From: Lama guanicoe
Lineage: Eukaryota
Length of the DNA: 64,000 nt
Direction: 5' to 3'
Assembly (NCBI GenBank): GCA_013239625.1
Contig: MU054187.1
Span: 22,509,280 to 22,573,279, forward strand
Shown: positions 54,748 to 64,000 of the stretch, one piece after another
Position numbering within the stretch: position 1 is the stretch's first letter
How the letters are laid out: each line of letters starts with the position of its first letter
The notes under the pieces: model-generated
Told to the model about the DNA's origin: nothing
The model's input: the letters and a program-made list of their open reading frames with translations, nothing else
The model's database searches: none
Translations under genes and position numbers: made by a program

Positions 54748-56489
54748 GTAAGTTGCATCTTTGTCATTTGCATATACCTTATGGTTGGGCCCTGTATTTA
54801 TTAGTTCATTTTTTCCCCTTGGCAAAGCGAATCGTTTTTCATGCTTTTACTCTACATTATGTAATGCTCTGATATCCGTGGATTTTGTTCGTTTAGGAAT
54901 TGGGTGATCCAAAATTCTTATTTGGGGCCAGTTTTTACATTTGTATATATAAAGATTTGGTTTCCTTTGGCTTTAAACAATGTTTATGGTTGGATTCAAA
55001 ATTCTTCATATTAGAGATTTTGGCATTTTGTTGGCCACAATAGTTAAAATCTGTAACACTAGACAAATACCTGGGCTTGAATCGTGTACATTTATTCTCC
55101 TTTTGGACATTGCCCAAGTTGGCTTTTACAGTCTGCCTGTGGCTCTCCCTTCTGACTTGTCTTCGCCCATGGGAAGGATAAATGCATAGTTATGCTACTT
55201 CAAATTATGTAATATTAAGCTGCGACCTAATTGTACTAATTTTAAGATTGTTTATCTGCCTTAACTACATTCAGTTTATTGTTAGCATCCCCACATCTTT
55301 CTAAGGGTGCTTCTGAAACTTCTCTGTCTCTAAGGCAAAGTGCCTAAAAACTATTCCAGAGACTTTTATAAACAAAACTTGCAAGTTGCTTTCTCTTATT
55401 TACCTTTTCTAGTTTGAATAAGTTGTTAATTCTCTGTATAGGCTACTTAGAATAATATGAATTATTTATTACCTCCTTAGAGACCTGAAGAATGCTCATG
55501 TATATAGCATTTGCTTTTGAAAATCCAAACATGAGGTTTAAGAGGTAAAGGATTATTATGGTCAGTGGGAAGGTCTTTTCTACCAAGTCATGTAAGTGAA
55601 GTGACCCAAAACAAGATACTGATAGTTGTAGATCAAAACTTAAATACTAAAGGAATAAATAAAACTTATTAGCTATTTGATTTAAATAACTGGGAGAAAT
55701 GAGTTTTAAACAAACATAGTGGGACTAGAACTTTAAGTAGGTCACGTAGAGATCTCTAGTCCTGTTCCAGCAGCCTGGTCACAAAGCCCAGGGACTGGAA
55801 ATGGAAATGCTTGTGTAAAGCAGGAAAGTCTTTTCAGATCACACCTAATGACTTAAGTGCAAAGATTCAGTTGGCTTTTAACAGTCTGAATTGAAACAAC
55901 AGCAAAATTCAGCAACACTTAAAAGCCTCATCTCTCACGGGGGAGGGCTGGATCAAGTTAGCTGGACTTAGAGAGCTTGCCCCATAAAGTAATTTACAGT
56001 TAGGTGCTGGTTCACTGTCTCCTAAAAGCATGTCATTTACTGATTCTGGAAAATAACAAACTGAAATCAGAGGAGCAACAATCCAGATAACGCCTCGCAT
56101 TTAATTCTTTTAGTTGGCTTGTTCATGTTTTCACTATTTTCCATTAGTTCTGCCATTTAAAATTTCAAAGATCTTTAAATAGGATATTTACAGCTGAATT
56201 TTCACCCTCTCTTGTTCTTCAAAAGCAGGGCTGTGTCTTACCTCTGTGTTCTCAGTGCCTAGGACAGTACCTGCCACTTGGTAAACACTCTGTAAAACTA
56301 TGAATAAATGAGATGAAGTAATATAGCTTTTTACCAATGAGCATTCTGTTTAGGGCATTTCTGTATCTCTAACAGTGAATAATTAATATGTATGATAATG
56401 ACGTAGACTTTGGCAAGATCCTGAAGCATCAAGGAATTTGTTTAATATAATTTTGTTTTGTATCATTGTATCAAATGCAGTTTTTATTT

Positions 56490-56629
56490 TTTAATAAAGC
56501 TGTTTTTTAAAAAATTTATTTGAAACACTTTTTTGTGGGTTTGTATGTGTGTGGAGGAACTGAGGATTGAACCCAGGACCTCGTGCATGCCAAGCATGTG
56601 CTCTGCCACTGAGCTATACCCTCCCCACC
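56490..56629 (-). mobile_element. tRNA-derived SINE (Vic-1-like)
   Basis: Consensus match; TSD atcaaatgcagttttta / atcaaatgtacttttta. Confidence 0.87.
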
Positions 56630-57330
56630 ATCAAATGTACTTTTTAATGTTTGCCTCTTAGAAAATTAGTAATGACTCTGTCTAAAGTAGGTACGTTGCT
56701 TTCTGTTAACCGGAAGAGGTGACTTATCCAGTATTCACTGAGCATCTTTCATCTTATTATTAGGCAGGACAGTGAGAATCTCAAGGTATAACTTAGAAGT
56801 GATTATACCCTAGCTATGAAAAAAAATTAATGAAATGAAACAATTGAGAATAATATTAACCAAGAATGTAACTAAGCTGTATGTGGTTGGAGAAGTTTGA
56901 GGAGACAGATGGAGATCAGAGGAGACTAGCACAGGAGTTGGTGTTACCGAGGAGGATGGCTTGAGCCACGCCTTCCACGTGGGTAGGTGGGTTGGAGGTG
57001 GAAAGCACGGTCATCTGTCTGGGAGCAGGACCTGTACTGAGAAGATGTCATGTACTAGATCTATTTCTAACACGTACTCCCAGTGAAGAGACATGATCTT
57101 TGCTGAATATTTTACCATAGAGTTGGGCTTCACATGTTTTTGTTTTCTGAGGTTTTAAAACATTTTCTAAGTGGCGTGTTTTTGTATTTTGTGTAGGTAA
57201 CAGCTAGGAGTAATATTTTATTTCCTTTATTACAAAGAAAAACTTTATTACTTGGCACATTTGTAAGGAAATGGTCTCCAGAGGCAAAATTTATTCTTAG
57301 GAACTATTTTAAAAGGTACACAATTTTAAA

Positions 57331-57490
57331 AGGGGTGGATATAGCTCAGTGGTAGAGTATGTGCTTAGCATGCATGAGGTCCTGGGTTCAAACCTCAGTA
57401 CTCCCATTAAAAATAAATAACCCTAATTACCTCCCCCCAAAAAAATTTAATTAAAAAAATTTTTTTAATCTGAAAAAAAAACTTTTTTTA
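57331..57490 (+). mobile_element. tRNA-derived SINE (Vic-1-like)
   Basis: Consensus match; TSD aaaaggtacacaattt / aaaaggtagacaattt. Confidence 0.87.
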
Positions 57491-57681
57491 AAAGGTAGAC
57501 AATTTGAGAAGTGCTTTTTGGAAATGTTACTGATAAACATTTCACATATTTAACATACTATGTAATTGTTTCAAAGCTGTATTTTGTAACAGACCTACAT
57601 CAGTAGGTGATTTGACTCTAAGAGAAAAGAGTCATTCATTTAAATTTACATTGACATTTCTTATCTCACTAGTAATAATAA

Positions 57682-57804
<123 letters not shown>

Positions 57805-58674
57805 TAACTACTTACAGTGTAATGAGGTCGCATTACAAGTTTTCTTTCAATATGGTGTATATCAAACAGACATGTTGTTTGTACAGTTGAAAATTACATG
57901 AGCATCTGGGCGGCTTTAGGGCAAAGAAGAGAGTAGGAAATTTAAAGAAATCTTTCAAGTAACTTTGCAACCAAGGTTTAACAACTTTTTTAGCACAGGA
58001 CAAAGAATATTGAAGTTTTTCATTATCTTAGGACCTATGAGGCACATTGGTATTTTTGCAGCATATTAGTGGAAATGGCTTGACCCAGCACGTCTATCCT
58101 GGTCCTAATTTCAAGATAAGATGTTATGTATGAAGGGAAAAAAAATCCGAGAGATTTCTTACAACAAACAAGCGGGAGTTTGGGGGTTTTTTTAAACACC
58201 TTTATTGTGGTGTGACTCCTGTACAGAAAACTACACACATTTCAGATGTACAGTTTGATGAATTTTAATAGATGTATATACACCAATAAAACCACCACCA
58301 CAATCAAGATAGCTAACGTTTCATGTGGGAGTTTTTGATTTTTTTGTTTTTTTGTTTTTTAATCTTGTTATTATACTTGCTAAAGCTCTCAACATATTAG
58401 ACTCATTACTAGTTTCTTAAAACTTACAGTGAGTGTATGTCATCTTTGGCTCTTAATATTCTAATCATTGCTATAATCATCTTGAAGTAAAATCTTCCTG
58501 ATTCATGATGGGAAGGTGCGGGGGTGCCTTAAGCGCAACATGCAGGGATAGTCATCATATGTTTATATCATGTACTGTTCACTTTCAAATGGTTAAAAAC
58601 AGATACCAGAGAGCTCTCTGCTTCTCTTGTGTAATAGGAGAGTTTTAATTTTCAGTTTACTGTTTGTTTTTTAG

Positions 58675-58734
58675 ATTACAGTGGAATGCACGTTCCTTGA
58701 TTATATCATGGGAGGATGTCAGCTGAATTTTACT
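58675..58734 (+). CDS. CPNE3: Copine-3 coding exon 9
   Basis: ITVECTFLDYIMGGCQLNFT; tag/gtgagt. Confidence 0.96.
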
Positions 58735-59151
58735 GTGAGTAGCAGACTGAGTTTTTCAAAGTAGGCAGTAACATGTTGCTTTTTTCCCCTCCATTTTGCA
58801 ATACACTTTCTTTTACTGCCAGACTGGCTTTGTGGTGAAATTGACACAGTCGGTTGAGTGTGGACTCCTCAGACAGGTTGTCAACAGTCACCCAGAGGCT
58901 TTTGGCCTTGTTGATAATATCTGTTCCTCTTGCAAGAAAGCAGATATGTACACATCAGTGCTTACCCTGAACTAATGTAAATAATCAAAAGCATTAGTCA
59001 GACAAACACAAAAACCAAGCCTTACGTCTAAGTCATGGGTATAATCATTCATGATTTAAGACATCTAGAAAGATGAGAACAGCACGTTGCTTCATGCTGA
59101 GGGTTTTATTGTTTATCTGTGGGAAAACCCTTGGGTTCAGGCACTTGGTAG

Positions 59152-59412
<261 letters not shown>

Positions 59413-61254
59413 TGAGTATGACTCCAGTACCTGTTTCCATAGCTACCCAGAAAGGGCAGTTTCTGTGTCATCTGCTGGGTCTCTGATGTAGCTGAGGGGA
59501 TCAGGGTGCTGGGGAGAAGCAGCTTTCTCCCTAGTCTCTGGCTGTGATCAGTTACATTATGTATAGCTTGCTTGTTTAACAGCTCACTGAGGCTGACAAT
59601 GCTTTCGTTTCTCTGATCCGGTTTCCCTGGAGTTGACCCGTTAGGGATAAGTTGTCTGTGTTACTGAAGTCCAGACGACACATTCTGTAAACACTCGTAG
59701 ACACTATTTCTTAACCTATTTCCTTGGCAGTCATTGTCAAGTTTATTTTCATAATGGTGACTTTCAAGAAGTGCTGAAGGCTAGCTTGACAAAATTGCTG
59801 TAAAATATTTTGGAAAGATTCTCAATGGATAGATTTTGGTAGACTTTAAATAGGTCCCCTTGAAGGTTTACTAAACAATAGGAAAAACAATCCACGTTAG
59901 TAATTTTTTGTTCTGGATCTGTTAAGGCACAGTTTTCACTTATTTTTGCCTGTTATTTTATGATAAAAAATAAGGAGCATGTCTCCTTAGTTGACACGTT
60001 CCATATTGATGGAACTTTTCATGAATTTGTTATGACATTTAAAAAGATGAAGTTTTCAGGCAAATGCAAGCAAATCTTAAGCAAAGGAGTCAGTTCCAAT
60101 ATCAGCCTAGTACAATTTCAGGCAAAACTTACTAAATCTAATTTAAAAATTACTTTATAAGACACTTTGTTATATAATCCAGAATGAAAATATAACCACA
60201 GACATGTTTAATAACAGAGTGGTAAAGTATTTCAATTGAAAATAGCTAGAAATACAATAAAAATTTCAAAGGTAACACAATTGTAACCAGACTCAGATAA
60301 AAAGTACAAAGTTTACAGGCTTATATTCTCAGACTGCCCCCTTAACAAAAGGATGACTAAAGGAAATTTACCACAAGGAGATAAAAAAAATTCTTTAATG
60401 CTCTTTAATGATTAGAGTAACAACAGACTACCTAGAAATAAAAGATAATGGGAGAAATATATATGGTTCTGTCTTTATAGAGGAAAATTTCTGGCTTTAT
60501 GTGCTTTTATTTTTAAACAAGATTTGCTTGTTAGTGAAATAGGTTTTCAACAAAGTAAAATTAAAAAATAGGAAGAAAAAATACAGATATAATAGTAATA
60601 GGAGATTCTTTGCACATATTAGCTACGATATGTCAGAGAAAATTTAAAATACTTTCTATATGATATTCATCTAATCCTCACACTTAACTGAGATAGGTAG
60701 TGTTACCATCTTCACCTTCAGATGACAAAACTGAGACGTAGCGGATAACGTGAGTGGTCCAGGGTCACTCAGCCGGTAACTGGTCATGACAGAACTGAGC
60801 CTGGGCTGACTGGCTCACAGCTGTGCTGTGCTGTGCTGTGCTTCCTGTAAGCACAGAGTGCAATGACTCGGAAAGTTTAAAAAAACACACACCAAATTAA
60901 TAAATTAAATGAGGAGATGAGTCTTTGCAAGTTCAACAGAATTTAGGAAAAACTCTGGCAGCACTGACCTCCAATAAAAAGAGGAAATGTGTAGATTATT
61001 AATAATGAGATAGAGATTATAAGCATAAATTCAGAAAAAAATTAAAAATTATATGTTAATATTCTGTAACATCTTATGCTATTACATTGGAAAATCTGGA
61101 TTAAAGGATTTTTTTTTTTTAAAGCTGTAAATGACCAAAGTTGACCCCAGAGGCAGGGAACCAGAGTAGCCCAGCAACCGTGGAAGGAAAGAAATGGCTG
61201 GTCAAGGAGCCACTCTTCACAAAGGCACCAGCCAAGACAGTTTCATACATAAAT

Positions 61255-62726
61255 TCTAGCAGACCTGTGAGGAATGAGTTCAAACCTGAGAGAATCAAGT
61301 GAAAAATATTAGAAAGTAATGAAAGTTCCAAAAGGTGGTCAGATACAACGTAAAGTAAAAAGTCAACGATTTTTTACCAACCAGCAATAACCAAGTGAAG
61401 AAATTATTGTGGGTAAAAGACCAGAATTCATAATATAATAAAAAATGACGGGTCTAGGGTCTTTAGTGATGGAAAATGACAAAATTGTACTGAGGGACAA
61501 AGAAGGAAGCTTGTTTAAATGGAAACATGCCATGAGTCTAGATAAGCAGATGTGATAATTGTGTAAAATACAACATTTGCCTCTGAATTAGTTAATTTTG
61601 ATCAGAATTGCAGTGGAACCCTGGCAAAATGACTCTTAAAATTTTCTGAAAGGCAAAATGAATCAGAATAGCCAAGAAGTTTTTCAGAAAAAAAATGAAG
61701 GGGAGTTTGTTCCAGCAGGTATTAAAAGTTATTTTAAAGCTATATATGTATATATAATTTAACTTTTTATTGACTTATAACATTATATAAGTTTCGTGTG
61801 TATAATATTATGTATTAATTAAGAGTATGGAGCTTGTACGTGACCAGTAGAAACAATAAGCTGTCTTGAAATAGACCCCAGAGTGTATATGAATTCAGTA
61901 TGTGATGGGGATGACATTTTAGGGGAAAGGATTGTAACAGCTGTCAAGCTGGACAGGAACTGAATGTGGATCCCTGACTCATACCTGGATAATCTAGCAG
62001 ACTGAGGAATGAGTTCAAACCTGAGAGAATCAAGTGAAAAATATTAGAAAGTAATGAAAGTTCCAAAAGGTGGTCAGATACAACGTAAAGTAAAAAGTCA
62101 ACGATTTTTTACCAACCAGCAATAACCAAGTGAAGAAATTATTGTGGGTAAAAGACCAGAATTCATAATATAATAAAAAATGACGGGTCTAGGGTCTTTA
62201 GTGATGGAAAATGACAAAATTGTACTGAGGGACAAAGAAGGAAGCTTGTTTAAATGGAAACATGCCATGAGTCTAGATAAGCAGATGTGATAATTGTGTA
62301 AAATACAACATTTGCCTCTGAATTAGTTAATTTTGATCAGAATTGCAGTGGAACCCTGGCAAAATGACTCTTAAAATTTTCTGAAAGGCAAAATGAATCA
62401 GAATAGCCAAGAAGTTTTTCAGAAAAAAAATGAAGGGGAGTTTGTTCCAGCAGGTATTAAAAGTTATTTTAAAGCTATATATGTATATATAATTTAACTT
62501 TTTATTGACTTATAACATTATATAAGTTTCGTGTGTATAATATTATGTATTAATTAAGAGTATGGAGCTTGTACGTGACCAGTAGAAACAATAAGCTGTC
62601 TTGAAATAGACCCCAGAGTGTATATGAATTCAGTATGTGATGGGGATGACATTTTAGGGGAAAGGATTGTAACAGCTGTCAAGCTGGACAGGAACTGAAT
62701 GTGGATCCCTGACTTATACCTGGATA
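61255..62726 (+). repeat. Two-copy 735-bp tandem duplication within an old LINE-1 ORF2 remnant
   Basis: 61268-61991 matches 62003-62726; only one substitution seen by eye (61980 c vs 62715 t). Confidence 0.95.
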
Positions 62727-63003
62727 TGTTAGGAAACTATTCTGTATAGAGTGTAGACAAAACTGCTGAAATGGAGACCCAAAACAAAGTGGTTTGGACC
62801 AAAGAGAGGTTAATGTCTCTTACGTGTTGCACGTCCGGAGGGGAGTAGTTCAGGTCTGAGGGGCGGTTCCACCACTCACAGCGTCCATCCTGGGGCTGAG
62901 GCAGCTGCTCTGATTGTCATCCTCTGCAGCCAGTGGGGCGAGGACAAAGGGACTGAGAGCGCACGTGCTCTCCCTTTTAGGGTGTGATTCAGAAGTGGCT
63001 GAC

Positions 63004-63140
63004 GGGGAGGGTATAGCTTAAGCGGGAGCGTGTACCTCGAGTGGTAGAGCGCATGCTTAGCATGCACGAGGTCCTGGGTTCAATCCCCAGTACTTCCATT
63101 TAGGAAAAAAAAATTAAAAACAAAAAAAAAAAAAGAAAGA
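63004..63140 (+). mobile_element. tRNA-derived SINE (Vic-1-like) with duplicated 5' head
   Basis: Consensus plus ~20 extra nt in the A-box region; long A tail. Confidence 0.85.
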
Positions 63141-63919
63141 CAGACTATCAACTGGGAAAAATACTGTGACATTTATGATGTAGGTTCTATCCTTAATGCA
63201 ATTAAGAGTTAATATAAAAAATATTCTTTGTAGAAAAATGAGTACATTCATTGCAGTGTTTTATAATGGCAGCACATTGGGTGGCCATCAGTTGGAGGAA
63301 ACTCCACCCAGTGGAGTCCTTAGCAGCCACTCACATGGTGTTATTTGTTTGGGCCATAATCCTTTATCTGTAAACCTTTGGGGCCAAATACTCACACATT
63401 TGCTGCAGAAGTGTGAGAGTTTTGTAATATGTGGCATTTGCACCATGTTTCAGTGACCAAAGGAATGACTATTCATATCGAGTGGCATAAGTAAAGGCTA
63501 TAAATAATTTCATGTTGTTGAGGTCGGGTGTTGTAGCCAAATGAGTTTTTGTAAATGAGTGAAATACCTTGTACTTTTTAGGACTTTATGGATTCATTTA
63601 CATGTTTATTCAGTGAAATGACATACAGTATGTAGGTAGAAAAGAGTATGTTATAAAACATGAATATAAACTCCACTGTAATAAATACAGAGAGAGAGAC
63701 ATTTTTCTCCATCAATGCACAGAAAAATACTAAGAATGAGAATTGCCAAATATTAACATTGGTTCTCTCTGGTGATTATTGTGGCTAATCTTTGTTTTTG
63801 TATATATTTTTTGAAGAGTTTTGAATTTGAAAAAAATAAGCTGATATTGGTTTTATTATAAAGATAAAACTCTATTTTGAGAAAAACCATCATTTGCTGT
63901 TTTCAAATTTTCTTTCCAG

Positions 63920-63974
63920 TGATAAGATGTTTCCAGCTTTTGGATTTGGAGCTCAGGTGCCTCCTCAGTGGCAG
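63920..63974 (+). CDS. CPNE3: Copine-3 coding exon 11 (gene continues beyond the window)
   Basis: (A)[18 protein letters not shown]; cag/gtaag. Confidence 0.95.
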
Positions 63975-64000
63975 GTAAGAGGGACCCTCATTGTAGAGCT

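Noticed and set aside
60820..60842. (CTGTG)n short repeat
   Set aside because: Trivial microsatellite with no further structure

Overview
Mammalian (eutherian) genomic DNA, most likely camelid given about 11 copies of a tRNA-derived SINE resembling Vic-1. It covers the conserved WWP1-RMDN1-CPNE3 locus. (1) Last coding exon and 3' UTR of WWP1 (+). (2) The complete 10-exon RMDN1/FAM82B gene (-, 31776 to 9645), which I reconstruct as 954 nt = 317 aa plus stop. (3) The promoter and first 11 coding exons of CPNE3 (+), running off the window. Every coding-exon boundary was checked by hand for GT-AG and frame continuity. Non-routine observations: an LDHAL6B-like processed pseudogene in RMDN1 intron 2 that retains the N-terminal extension; a shifted splice acceptor at RMDN1 exon 3; an orphan CpG island between the convergent WWP1 and RMDN1 3' ends; a 735-bp near-perfect tandem duplication in a CPNE3 intron; and an L1 fragment ending mid-ORF2 in a ~96-nt poly(A). 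I found no convincing evidence of a wholly new biological system. Most ORF-track entries are spurious. Gene and repeat names come from recall, not database searches, and repeat boundaries are approximate.
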